Origin: Acaryochloridaceae cyanobacterium VAR_48_metabat_390
GTDB taxonomy: Bacteria > Cyanobacteriota > Cyanobacteriia > Thermosynechococcales > Thermosynechococcaceae
Reading direction: 5' to 3'
Assembly (NCBI GenBank): GCA_031422435.1
Contig: JANPLU010000123.1
Span: 37,671-101,670, forward strand
DNA length: 64,000 nt
Below the pieces are notes generated by a model. The model saw only the letters and a list, made by a program, of their open reading frames with translations, was not told the origin of the DNA and did not search any database. Both the position numbers and the translations under genes were made by a program. Below, piece after piece: positions 48,667-58,612 of the stretch. Position 1 is the stretch's first letter. The number at the start of each line of letters is the position of its first letter.

Positions 48667-50961
48667 TTAACTAGCAGAGGGTTCTTTGCTATCGGCAAGC
48701 AGTATATCCATTTTGTAGACAAGTTGCTCTGGGTTTAGAGGTTTAGTCAAGAAGGTATCTGCACCTGCCGACAAATAAGGCTGTGGCTCATTGAGGGCAG
48801 ATTTTGGCGCAAGGGCAATAATTCTCATGGGGTGATTTTCGCTGAGTTGACGAAACTGCTGAATCAGCTTTAACCCATTGCCTTTGGACCGATCTACGCT
48901 AACGATTGCCGCAACAGGATGCAAAAACTGAATCTGCTGTAAAGCCGTAGAGTCTTCAACAATCCAAACGACGTGGTAGCCAGCGGCGGTTAGCATCTCA
49001 CAGATGAGCGTGGCGCTTTCTTCGTTGTCTTCGATCAAAACAACCCGTGCATTTAGCTCGCTGGTATAGCGCGATCGCCCCAATTCTTCGTCGCCCATCA
49101 ACAGCTTTTGATTAGGGATCTCGACGGTAAAAGTAGAGCCTTGTCCTTCTACAGAGCTGACCTCAATCCAGCCTCGGTGTAAATCCACAAGCTGTTTGGC
49201 AATGGCTAAACCCAACCCTGCCCCTTCATAGGAGCGACGGTAGGAGGCATCTAGCTGCTGAAATTTTTGAAACAGCAGCGACTGCTGTGTAGAAGGAATA
49301 CCAATGCCACTGTCTTCGACCTGAAAAATAGCGGCGTTGGGTTCAACCCAGACGCGCAGGGTCACTTCCCCCTCCTCTGGCGTAAACTTAATGGCGTTAG
49401 AGATTAGGCTAAACAAAATTTCTTTTACGCGCCGCGCATCGGCGACAAACCGATCTCGCTGAGGCATGATTTTAAGGTTTAACCGGAGCTGAATGTCGTT
49501 TTTCTCCGCCGTTTCGCGCAGCATCTGGACACTTTGCTGCGCTAAGGCTGTGAGCGAAAACTCACTGAGATTCAGAACCGCTTTGCCTGACTCAGCTTGG
49601 GAAAAATCCAAAATGTCGTTAATTAGCTCTAGCAGATGCTCGCCGCTGTCATGGATAGTCTGGAGATAGCCGCGCTGCTTATCGTTGAGCGGCCCCAAAG
49701 ACCAACGCAGGAGCGTGGCGGACATGCCAATGACGCAGGTGAGTGGGGTTCGTAGCTCATGGCTCATGGTGGCTAAAAACTCGCCCTTAGCGCGGTTTGC
49801 AACCTGAATTTCAGCTAGCGCCTCGCTCAATTCTTGGGTACGCTGTTCGACCTGCTCTTCGAGGGTTTGCTTTTGTCCCTGGAGCTGCTGATAGAGCTGA
49901 GCCTGATGGATGGCGATCGCCAAATGTTCTGTTACCTGTTCTAAAAACTCAATCTCGCGCGCCTTCCACTCATGGGGTTGTCCGCAGTGGTGGGCAATAA
50001 GCAGCCCCCAAAGCTGATTTTGTACCAGCAGTGGCGTTACAAACTGCGCTCGTACCGCATAATCTTCATGCAGCAGCCCGACGGGGCCATCTAGCAAATC
50101 TAACGCGCTGGCGGCAGCAGCCGAATTTGCAATCCGCTCCCCTTTGCAGTATGCCTGATACGTTTTAGCGCTGGTCGCCCACTGATGCTTGGCCGGAGTC
50201 AGCGGCGCAATCGCTTCGCTAGAGCAGGATTCATAGGCAATGCTGCCACTACGAACCGTGAATGTAGCGTTTGCCCGTTTTGACTTTGGGGGTGATATTG
50301 GTGCATCAAACTGATAAATCAAGAGCCGATCCACGGAAAGGCATTCTCGAATTTTATGGACGGCGGTCTGCAAAATAACGGGCAGTTCCAGACTCTGACG
50401 AATTTGAGCCGTGACTTGGTTAATGAGCTGCTCTTGTCGTACCTGCTGATGAAGGGCTGCGTCCACAATAGGACGGCAGGTGGACGCAGAAGGAAGCTGT
50501 TGGGCGGTGAACTGCTGCTGCCCTAACAGTTCACACAGTTGCTGAATCAGTGCTTCATAGGCAGAGGCTGCACCGGAAGACTGGATTGGAATCGCAAGCG
50601 CTTGCGTGAACTGCGCCTTTAGGGCAGGCTGTTTTGTGACCTGCGATCGCAGTTTTTTGAGAAATGCAGCAATGGTTTTAGCCTCAAAGCTTAAAACAGC
50701 GGCTTCTGTCACTTCAGCGCCAGCCAATTCAGCCCGCAGCAAAACGCGAAACTCGGGCGTCACCATCACCAGAAAGCGTGAGGATGCCGTAAGGCCAGCC
50801 GCCGTCAGCAAATCATCGGTTAACGTAATGCCGCCGTTTTCATTTTGTGCAATGCTCTGGCTTAGGTTCAAAAGCGCTGCTTTAAGGGTTTCAACCTCAC
50901 AGGGCACCTGTATTTCACCTGAAGAAACAACAGCGGCAGCAGCAGAGAGTTGTGTTGTCAT
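48667..50961 (-). CDS. cikA: Circadian input kinase CikA-like (GAF-HisKA-HATPase-pseudoreceiver)
   Basis: EFLATMSHELRTPLTCVIGMSATLLRW is characteristic of CikA. The C-terminal receiver lacks the canonical phospho-Asp context. Confidence 0.85.
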   Translation of the reverse strand: MTTQLSAAAAVVSSGEIQVPCEVETLKAALLNLSQSIAQNENGGITLTDDLLTAAGLTASSRFLVMVTPEFRVLLRAELAGAEVTEAAVLSFEAKTIAAFLKKLRSQVTKQPALKAQFTQALAIPIQSSGAASAYEALIQQLCELLGQQQFTAQQLPSASTCRPIVDAALHQQVRQEQLINQVTAQIRQSLELPVILQTAVHKIRECLSVDRLLIYQFDAPISPPKSKRANATFTVRSGSIAYESCSSEAIAPLTPAKHQWATSAKTYQAYCKGERIANSAAAASALDLLDGPVGLLHEDYAVRAQFVTPLLVQNQLWGLLIAHHCGQPHEWKAREIEFLEQVTEHLAIAIHQAQLYQQLQGQKQTLEEQVEQRTQELSEALAEIQVANRAKGEFLATMSHELRTPLTCVIGMSATLLRWSLGPLNDKQRGYLQTIHDSGEHLLELINDILDFSQAESGKAVLNLSEFSLTALAQQSVQMLRETAEKNDIQLRLNLKIMPQRDRFVADARRVKEILFSLISNAIKFTPEEGEVTLRVWVEPNAAIFQVEDSGIGIPSTQQSLLFQKFQQLDASYRRSYEGAGLGLAIAKQLVDLHRGWIEVSSVEGQGSTFTVEIPNQKLLMGDEELGRSRYTSELNARVVLIEDNEESATLICEMLTAAGYHVVWIVEDSTALQQIQFLHPVAAIVSVDRSKGNGLKLIQQFRQLSENHPMRIIALAPKSALNEPQPYLSAGADTFLTKPLNPEQLVYKMDILLADSKEPSAS

Positions 50962-51263
50962 TGGCTTAACTCTCCCCAGACTGTTGATTTAGACAAACCA
51001 TCGTTGTTCTCCCTTCACTTTGAGATTTTGTTTTCACGCTTGTGCGAAGAAAAGCAAAACCTCAAGGTTATCGTCACGTTTTCATATCTTGATCTTGTTC
51101 TATCTCAATTTTGGGGTGCTGCTCCAGAATCTACTAGATCCTTTAACGGTTCAAAGTACAAATACTGATGAATGTCCTGCCAGTTTTGGGGCAATATGTC
51201 ATCCTAAGAACAGGCCATCGGCCATGTTTCAACTGTTTTTAGCCCTCCCTACCCCTTTCATCT

Positions 51264-52229
51264 GTGCAAGACGCGCTCATTATCGAACTGCCCAACCCTC
51301 AAAGCGCGATGTCGCTGGCGGGTGAGCAAGAATCTAATCTCAAAACCCTTGCAAAACAAACGGGTGCGCGGCTGCTACTGCGCGGTCAAGAACTCAGCAT
51401 TTTTGGCACAGAAGCGCAGACGACCCTTGCTCGCGAGATGATTTATCTGCTGCAACACTTTTGGCGCGAAGGGCGTGCTATTTCAGATGTGGATATTTTG
51501 GCGGCTCGCCATGCCCTCAATACCGACAAAATGGAGGAATGGCGATCGCTCCAAGATGATGTCCTCGTCAAAACCCGACGGGGAGAGGCCATCCGAGCCA
51601 GAACCTTTCGTCAAGGGCAGTATATTAAGGCCATTCGTCAGCACGCCATTACCTTTGGCATTGGTCCTGCTGGCACAGGCAAAACCTTTCTCGCTGCCCT
51701 CATTGCGGTACAGGCACTTTTAGATAACGAGTACGAGCGAATCGTTCTGACGCGCCCTGCTGTAGAAGCTGGCGAAAAGCTCGGTTTTTTACCCGGCGAC
51801 CTTCAGCAAAAAATTGACCCCTACCTGCGCCCTCTCTACGATGCACTCTACGAACTCATTGACCCAGAACGCATTGCTTCTCTGATGGAGCGTGGAGTAA
51901 TCGAAGTCGCGCCCTTGGCCTACATGCGAGGACGCACCCTCAACAATGCCTTTGTTATTCTAGATGAAGCCCAAAACACCACCCCCGCCCAGATGAAGAT
52001 GATGCTGACCCGCATTGGCATGAAGTCTCGCATGGTGGTGACGGGTGATTTAACCCAGACAGACCTACCGTCTCATCAGACCTCAGGACTGGCGATCGCC
52101 CGTAAAATCCTAGAGCCAGTTGAAGGAATTGCCTTTTGCTATCTGTCTAAAGGCGATATTGTGCGCCATCCCCTCGTCGAAAAAATTATTGAGGCTTACG
52201 AACTTTACGAAGGTGATTCTCTGTCTTAA
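51264..52229 (+). CDS. phoH: PhoH-family ATPase
   Basis: GPAGTGKT, RPAVEAGEKLGFLPGD, MRGRT, DEAQN and VRHPLV. Confidence 0.95.
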   Translation: MQDALIIELPNPQSAMSLAGEQESNLKTLAKQTGARLLLRGQELSIFGTEAQTTLAREMIYLLQHFWREGRAISDVDILAARHALNTDKMEEWRSLQDDVLVKTRRGEAIRARTFRQGQYIKAIRQHAITFGIGPAGTGKTFLAALIAVQALLDNEYERIVLTRPAVEAGEKLGFLPGDLQQKIDPYLRPLYDALYELIDPERIASLMERGVIEVAPLAYMRGRTLNNAFVILDEAQNTTPAQMKMMLTRIGMKSRMVVTGDLTQTDLPSHQTSGLAIARKILEPVEGIAFCYLSKGDIVRHPLVEKIIEAYELYEGDSLS

Positions 52230-52255
52230 CCTAAGGCGACCTCTAGCGCCAATCC

Positions 52256-52297
52256 AACGAAAGAACTAGCTGTATCTATACAGCTAGTTCTTTCGTT
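52256..52297. terminator. Perfect 20-bp inverted repeat, probable bidirectional terminator
   Basis: AACGAAAGAACTAGCTGTAT-CT-ATACAGCTAGTTCTTTCGTT. Confidence 0.75.
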
Positions 52298-52357
52298 TAT
52301 CTATTTAGAGCAGGGTAGAGAACGCGTCATGCCAAGCTCAGTGTCAAGAAGAGGAAA

Positions 52358-52460
52358 AGTCCCTTCGGCACTAGCAGCATCCATACCCCTCAATGCTGTT
52401 TGGATTAGGCCTGCTAATTTGCGCCCTGACCTTTCGGTACAGTTTGCCATTTCGGGGACT
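52358..52460 (-). ncRNA. c-di-GMP-I (GEMM) riboswitch aptamer
   Basis: Minus strand reads AGUCCC-CGAAAU-GGCAAAC-UGUACC-GAAA-GGUCAG-GGCGCAAA-UUAGCA-GGCCUAA-UCC...GGAUGC-UGCUAG-UGCCGAA-GGGACU. This gives P1 AGUCCC/GGGACU, a GNRA tetraloop, a CCUAA tetraloop-receptor strand, the CGCAAA junction and P3 UUAGCA/UGCUAG. Confidence 0.85.
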
Positions 52461-52503
52461 ACGTGGGCCATGCGGGGGGTATGACAGCCCAATCAACTCA
52501 ATC

Positions 52504-52591
52504 AATATAGCGATTAATACACCTATTCTCATACCGTATTTCTACGGGATTTTTTAGAATTTCCACCATTTTAGTTTCCGTGTTTCTTCGG
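52504..52591 (-). promoter_or_regulatory. Candidate promoter of the aptamer RNA with palindromic operator-like sites
   Basis: TATATT -10-like hexamer (52509-52504), perfect CCGTA-TTTC-TACGG at 52534-52547 and degenerate CCGTG-TTTC-TTCGG at 52578-52591. Confidence 0.45.
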
Positions 52592-52834
52592 TTGAGCGTG
52601 TACTTTTTTATAAATTCAGGATACTCAATCGACAGCTTAAGTTTTGAAAGTCTTTTCTGACAAGATTTTTAAGGTTACGCACGGTTTGATGACCATCGCC
52701 TCATAGCGAAGTTAAGTAAGATAAGACCCATAGGTCTGAGGGGTTAATTCACGTACACTAATAATCTATCGGTTACTGATCCGTGCGATTAGTGCGATCG
52801 CCCATTATTCATCTTCGGTCAATCAATTTTTTGT

Positions 52835-53842
52835 ATGGGACAAAAGCGCGTTCTTTCTGGGGTACAGCCGACAGGCAGCCTACATTTAGGCAATTATCTA
52901 GGTGCCCTGCGAACCTGGGTGAGCGAACAATACGAGTACGAAAACTACTTTTTTATTGCAGACCTCCACGCCATTACCGTCCCTCACGACCCTAAAGTTT
53001 TAGCCGAAAATACCTATACCCTAGCGGCGCTATATCTCGCCTGTGGACTCGACGGTGCCCACACCACCATTTTTGTTCAGTCTCAGATTTCAGCCCATGC
53101 CGAATTGGCATGGCTGTTTAACTGCATTACGCCACTCAACTGGCTTCAGCGCATGATCCAGTTTAAAGAGAAGGCCATTAAGCAGGGCGAGGATGTCAGC
53201 ATTGGTCTGCTAGACTATCCGGTGCTGCAAGCCGCCGATATTTTGCTATACCAGGCCGATCTTGTTCCCGTGGGGGAAGACCAAAAGCAGCATTTAGAGC
53301 TAACCCGAGATATTGCTGCTCGCTTTAATTTTCAGTTTGGCAAGCCCAAGGCTCCCGTTTTGAAAATACCAGAACCCCTCATTCGTCCAGAAGGGGCGCG
53401 GGTGATGAGCCTCACGGACGGCACCAAAAAAATGTCTAAGTCAGACCCCTCTGAGCAAAGCCGCATTAATTTACTAGATTCCCCCGATGAGATTCGCAAC
53501 AAAATCAAGCGCTGTAAAACAGACCCCATGCGCGGACTAACCTTTGATGACCCAGAACGACCTGAATGCCAAAATTTGCTCACGCTGTACATGCTGCTGT
53601 CGGGTAAATCGAAGCCAGCGGTTGCCGCAGAATGTGCCGAGATGGGATGGGGACAGTTTAAGCCGCTCCTGACGGAAACGACGATTGAGGCACTCAGACC
53701 CATTCAAGAAAAGTACCGCGACTTAACAGAAGACCGTAGCTATATTAAAACTATCTTGCAGCAGGGACGTGAGCAGGCTGAAGCAGTTGCCCAACAGACC
53801 CTTCAAACGGCTAAAGATGCCCTAGGCTTTGCGAGAGAATGA
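52835..53842 (+). CDS. trpS: Tryptophan--tRNA ligase
   Basis: SGVQPTG.LHLGNYLG, YPVLQAADILLY, VPVGEDQKQH and KMSKS. Confidence 0.97.
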   Translation: MGQKRVLSGVQPTGSLHLGNYLGALRTWVSEQYEYENYFFIADLHAITVPHDPKVLAENTYTLAALYLACGLDGAHTTIFVQSQISAHAELAWLFNCITPLNWLQRMIQFKEKAIKQGEDVSIGLLDYPVLQAADILLYQADLVPVGEDQKQHLELTRDIAARFNFQFGKPKAPVLKIPEPLIRPEGARVMSLTDGTKKMSKSDPSEQSRINLLDSPDEIRNKIKRCKTDPMRGLTFDDPERPECQNLLTLYMLLSGKSKPAVAAECAEMGWGQFKPLLTETTIEALRPIQEKYRDLTEDRSYIKTILQQGREQAEAVAQQTLQTAKDALGFARE

Positions 53843-53865
53843 ATATGAAATAACATCCAGGTTGT

Positions 53866-53931
53866 GTAGGGCGGGTTTTGCTGATAAATCTGGGATTTCT
53901 CTAAGGTTATATCAGCTAAACCCGCCCTTAC
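53866..53931. repeat. REP-like GTAG-capped palindrome
   Basis: GTAGGGCGGGTTTTGCTGATA...TATCAGCTAAACCCGCCCTTAC. Confidence 0.6.
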
Positions 53932-53993
53932 GAGATCACTTGATTGAACGGATGGCGCGATCGCCAGGACTGCTGCACTAATCTTTTAGCCCA

Positions 53994-54932
53994 ATGACAT
54001 CTGCCGTATCTACCTCTAACTCCTATGCTCCCATGTCAGCCTTTGAAACGGCGCTTCGAGCGGGCGAATTTTTAATTACGGCTGAGGTTGCGCCACCCAA
54101 GGGCGGGTGTCCTCAACACATGTTAGATCAGGCGCTTCACCTGAAAGCGTGGACTCATGCCGTCAACATAACGGATGGCAGCCGTGCAGTGATGCGGATG
54201 TCTTCTTGGGCTGCGGCGCTTTTGCTTCAGCGCCACGGCATTGAGCCAGTGTGCCAAATGGCCTGCCGTGATCGCAACCGAATTGCGCTTCAGGCTGACT
54301 TAATGGGCGCATCTGCCCTGGGTATTCATAATATTTTGGCGTTAACGGGCGACCCCATTACGGCAGGAGATTTCCCCAAAGCGCGCGCGGTATTTGACCT
54401 AGAAGCAGTGCGTCTGCTCCAGACGATTCAAAAGCTAAATGGGGGGTCAGATGCCAACGATAAGCCCTTGCCCGATGGCGCAACGCAGCTTTTTGCAGGA
54501 GCTGCCGTTGACCCGCAGCTCTCAAGCTGGTCTAGCCTTCAAAAGCGATTTGAGCGCAAAGTTGAGGCGGGTGCCCAGTTTTTTCAAAGCCAGATGATCG
54601 TTGATTTTGATCGGCTTGAAAAGTTTATGGATCAGATTGCAAATCCCCACGGCAAACCTGTGTTAGCCGGAATTTTTCTGCTGAAGTCTGCTAAAAATGC
54701 CCAGTTTATTAACCGCAACGTGCCGGGTGTCTCTATCCCCGATTGGATGATTGAGCGCCTAGAGAAAGCCGCCGACCCCCTCCAAGAAGGAATGGCGATC
54801 GCCGCCGAGCAGGTGCGGATGGCGCGGGATCTTTGCCAGGGTGTACATATGATGGCGGTGAGGCGAGAAGATCTCATCCCCGCAATTTTAGAGATGGCGG
54901 GACTTAAGCCCATCCCGCCGCGCACCCCCTGA
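53994..54932 (+). CDS. metF: Methylenetetrahydrofolate reductase
   Basis: TAEVAPPKG, NITDGSRA, CRDRNRIALQ, LALTGDP and AGAQFFQSQ. Confidence 0.93.
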   Translation: MTSAVSTSNSYAPMSAFETALRAGEFLITAEVAPPKGGCPQHMLDQALHLKAWTHAVNITDGSRAVMRMSSWAAALLLQRHGIEPVCQMACRDRNRIALQADLMGASALGIHNILALTGDPITAGDFPKARAVFDLEAVRLLQTIQKLNGGSDANDKPLPDGATQLFAGAAVDPQLSSWSSLQKRFERKVEAGAQFFQSQMIVDFDRLEKFMDQIANPHGKPVLAGIFLLKSAKNAQFINRNVPGVSIPDWMIERLEKAADPLQEGMAIAAEQVRMARDLCQGVHMMAVRREDLIPAILEMAGLKPIPPRTP

Positions 54933-54955
54933 CAAAAGTAAGTCCTGTTATAGCC

Positions 54956-56389
54956 TTATGCCTTAGCCTTCAGCATCTCTGTTGTAACAGCAGGTAAGAC
55001 CGGCATCGTGTCGGGGGGAAGCTCCAGAATCTCGTTGTACATCTGGTTGTAGGCGATCGCCGACTTTGCCCAGCTAAAGTCTTGTGCCATGCCACGCTGC
55101 TGAAGCGATCGCCAAGCATCTCGGTACTGGAATCCTTCCCAGGCTCTGACCAGACAGGTAAATAGGTCAAGGGGTTCGTAGCGGTCAAAGCAGTATCCGG
55201 TTCCGGTGCCTTCGCTGGGGATATGGTGCGTCACCGTATCCACTAGGCCACCTGTGCGACGCACCACAGGCACACAGCCGTAGCGCAGCGCAATAAGCTG
55301 ACTAATGCCGCAGGGTTCAAAGCGGCTGGGCATTAAAAATGCATCTGCCCCGCCATAGACTTTGCGAGACAGCGATTCACTATACAAAAGCTGTGTAGAA
55401 ACCCGTCCAGGGAACCGAGAGGCCAACTGCCAAAGCTGCGTTTCGTAGTAGCGATCGCCTGTCCCCAATACCACAAACTGCGCGTCGGTATAGGACAAAA
55501 ACCGATCCATCATTTGCAGAATCAGGTCTAAGCCCTTTTGTTCCACCAATCGAGACACCATCCCTAGCAAAAACGCTTTGGAATTGACCTCAAGCCCTAG
55601 CTCCTCCTGGAGGGTAATCTTATTTACTTTGCGGTTGTCTAAGGTTTCGGCAGTATAGGTTTTGGTTAGATACTTATCCTTTGCGGGGTCATAAACCTCC
55701 GTGTCAATGCCGTTGAGAATGCCGACGGTGCGATCGCTAATAAACGACAGCAGCCCCTCCAACGTCTCGCCATACTCCGGCGTTTTAATCTGCTCCCCAT
55801 AGGTGGGCGAAACCGTATTGACGCGATCGGCATACTGAACCGCCGCCGCCATCAGGTTATGCCCCTGCATATACCAAGGGCACCAGGTAATCTGATCGAG
55901 CTTCCAGCGCCAAGGCCCCTGGTAGGCTAAATTATGAATCGTAAAGACCGTGCTGATATCAGGCGACTGATGCATCCACACGGGCAACATGCCCGTATGC
56001 CAGTCGTGGCAGTGAAGCACCTGAGGCTTCCAGTAGTTCCAGCAAAACTCCGCTGCCCCATTCGAGAAAAATGTAAACCGCCAATCTTCGCTATCACCAC
56101 CATAAATATTTCGGGGGGCAAAACACGGATGCCCCATGAGGTAAAGCGGTACGTCCGTTCCAGGCAGAACCGTTTCATACACCGCAAAGTGATGAAACAT
56201 TGCATAGCCCCACCAAACGGGATCCTTTGGAATCTCCATTTTGTCGTCTAGGAAGCCGTAGTAGGGCATGAATATGCGGACATCATGCCCCATGCGGCGC
56301 AGAAACTTCGGCAGCGCCCCTACTACATCCCCCATTCCTCCGACCTTGGCGATGGGAGACGCTTCTGCCGCGACAAACAGAATTCGCAT
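54956..56389 (-). CDS. glgA: Glycogen synthase
   Basis: [25 protein letters not shown] and PSRFEPCG. Confidence 0.97.
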   Translation of the reverse strand: MRILFVAAEASPIAKVGGMGDVVGALPKFLRRMGHDVRIFMPYYGFLDDKMEIPKDPVWWGYAMFHHFAVYETVLPGTDVPLYLMGHPCFAPRNIYGGDSEDWRFTFFSNGAAEFCWNYWKPQVLHCHDWHTGMLPVWMHQSPDISTVFTIHNLAYQGPWRWKLDQITWCPWYMQGHNLMAAAVQYADRVNTVSPTYGEQIKTPEYGETLEGLLSFISDRTVGILNGIDTEVYDPAKDKYLTKTYTAETLDNRKVNKITLQEELGLEVNSKAFLLGMVSRLVEQKGLDLILQMMDRFLSYTDAQFVVLGTGDRYYETQLWQLASRFPGRVSTQLLYSESLSRKVYGGADAFLMPSRFEPCGISQLIALRYGCVPVVRRTGGLVDTVTHHIPSEGTGTGYCFDRYEPLDLFTCLVRAWEGFQYRDAWRSLQQRGMAQDFSWAKSAIAYNQMYNEILELPPDTMPVLPAVTTEMLKAKA

Positions 56390-56624
56390 ATTGTCTTGTT
56401 ACCTTGTGCTGGATTCTATAAGGCTCCTCTGTGCTTCCCGATGGACAGTCCACAAGATCCTGTAGATAGTTTAATGGTCGAGGGTAAAGAATCCAACTAA
56501 TCATGATCGATTCCGTTCAAAAAAATTGTGGCGAGATAGATTTGCCCCAATAAAAAATGGGCTAGAACCAGTCCAGCCCATATTGAAGACCTGCATCTCA
56601 GCGTTTTGATGCTGAGCGCACAGG

Positions 56625-58094
56625 CTAAAATCCGCCGAACAGCGAGCGAAGCAGGCCAAAGGCACCGAGCGGGGATGAGACCGTACTAAATATGTCGCCA
56701 AACGAAGCCAATCCAGATTTGCCTACAATTACCACGTCGTTATTTCGCAGCGGTGGATTGCCTTCTTCACTGACCGGTGCATTAAACGAAACCTTAATGA
56801 CGCGCTCGGTCACGGTTCCATCTGGGTTGAGTCGCACCAGCTTCACAGTGCTTTTGTTGGCTCGTTTGCTGTCAAACCCTCCCGCAGAAAGCACTGCTGT
56901 ACTCAGAGGAGTATTGGGCTTAATTTTGACGGTGCCTGGACGAATAACTTCTCCCACCACGTTGACATCAATGGTGGTGGGTGACAGCGTAGCGTCGGAT
57001 AAAAACTGCTGCTCTTCTGCGGTTAAAGGGACTACCGATTTTGAAACAACGACCGTATCACCCTGCTGAAGCGGAATATCCTGCCGAATATCGCCTTCTA
57101 CCAGCAGCCGCCACAGATCAACGGACAAAAGCTGCTCATTGCCCAGACGCGATACCCGCCGCACCTGAATTTTACGAACATCGGCTTCGGGCTTAATGCC
57201 GCCTGCAAGCTGAATGGCTTGAGAAACGGTGGGTAAATTTCTAGAGGTTGATCCCGTCGATGTCCCTTGGCTTCCGGCTTGCCCAATGACTGAATTCGCG
57301 GCCTGAACCACATAAGGCCCCGGGCGGAACACCTGCCCCACAACAGCGATGTTGAGAGGCTGAGTATTGTCAGCGGCAAAGCTTGAGTTAACGGCTGCGG
57401 CAAAATCTTCGATAGAAGGTCTTTCCGATGCCTGAACGACCACAATGTCTCCATCTCGGAGGCGAATATCTTGGCTAATATCGCCCTCTCGAATCAGCTT
57501 CATGAGGTCAACGGAAATCGTGTCGTAGTTACTGGGCTGATCAAATTTAGAGCGTCGAATTTGGATGTTGCGTAGGTTTGCGGAAGGGGTCACGCCACCG
57601 GAAAGCTTGAGAAGCTGTGACACGGTTGGAATTTGATCGGTGCCCGTAAAGGGATAAGTCCCTGGTTTAACCACTTCGCCCGAAACGGCTAGGGTAAGCT
57701 GACGAGGCTTAACTAAAACTAAGGTGAGATAAGGACGCTTAAAGTACTTTTTATACTGTGCGCTAATGTTGGCCTCAGCTTCTCGGATAGTTTTGCCCCC
57801 GACAAAAACCCGTCCGACAAAGGGTAGGGTGAGGCTTCCGTCTACTAAGACGCTGTAGGGTGTGGCAAATAGCTCATTTTGTCCGAACATGTCTAGCTTA
57901 ATCTGGTCGCCTGGGCCTAAGACGTAGTCTGCCTGGTTAATATTGGATAGACTGGCGGGGGATGAATTGCCCGCACCAGGAAGAAGAGGAGGAGGAGAGA
58001 TCTGCTGGCTAGATGAGGGTGCTACAGTAAGCGCCGTTGTGGAAACAAAGGTCGATAGAGCAATCAAAACTAGCGATTGAGCAGGACGAGTCAT
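56625..58094 (-). CDS. wza: Polysaccharide export protein (Wza-type, SLBB repeats)
   Basis: DYVLGPGDQI, DG.LTLPFVG and three G(E/Q)V..PG SLBB repeats. Confidence 0.88.
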   Translation of the reverse strand: MTRPAQSLVLIALSTFVSTTALTVAPSSSQQISPPPLLPGAGNSSPASLSNINQADYVLGPGDQIKLDMFGQNELFATPYSVLVDGSLTLPFVGRVFVGGKTIREAEANISAQYKKYFKRPYLTLVLVKPRQLTLAVSGEVVKPGTYPFTGTDQIPTVSQLLKLSGGVTPSANLRNIQIRRSKFDQPSNYDTISVDLMKLIREGDISQDIRLRDGDIVVVQASERPSIEDFAAAVNSSFAADNTQPLNIAVVGQVFRPGPYVVQAANSVIGQAGSQGTSTGSTSRNLPTVSQAIQLAGGIKPEADVRKIQVRRVSRLGNEQLLSVDLWRLLVEGDIRQDIPLQQGDTVVVSKSVVPLTAEEQQFLSDATLSPTTIDVNVVGEVIRPGTVKIKPNTPLSTAVLSAGGFDSKRANKSTVKLVRLNPDGTVTERVIKVSFNAPVSEEGNPPLRNNDVVIVGKSGLASFGDIFSTVSSPLGAFGLLRSLFGGF

Positions 58095-58612
58095 TTTTTT
58101 ATCCAAACCAGGATTTAAAAGGGTTTACTGATGCTAGGCACAAATCTTGAGACGCACATCTATTCCAGGATGTTTCAAGTCGCCACCAATCTGGCATATT
58201 CATCTCAAATTTGGCAATGTTAGCTCAATGACTCTCTCAAGTCAAAGTTGAGCATATTTTTAGATAACGTTTTCTAAAAAATGAACGACTCGTCGAAAGA
58301 ATACCATTGTTCTTTGATCTCTAGGCTAGATGTTGATTTTACGGACTTTATGTTCACCATTTTATCCTGCTTTATCTTGAAAAATAGAGGTATCTTTAAG
58401 TGTATTTATTTGTAACTCGAAAGCGTTAATTTTAGAGAGAAAAATGGGTACTCTGTGCAGCCGCTAATATTATTTTCTGGCTAATGCTGCAATGCAATCT
58501 TGCAGGATAGAATACCCTGAGCCTCTGTGAGGAACATTGTAGAGCCTGTAGGCTGATGAGTCTTGGCGCATTAAACTAAAGACGTGCTGATTCTACGCTA
58601 TGACGAAACGCT

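Noticed and set aside
52301..52492. 63-aa minus-strand ORF (MGCHTPRMAHVVPEM...)
   Set aside because: It runs straight through the GEMM aptamer, whose conserved RNA motifs explain the sequence, and has no recognisable protein features. It cannot be fully excluded as a leader peptide.
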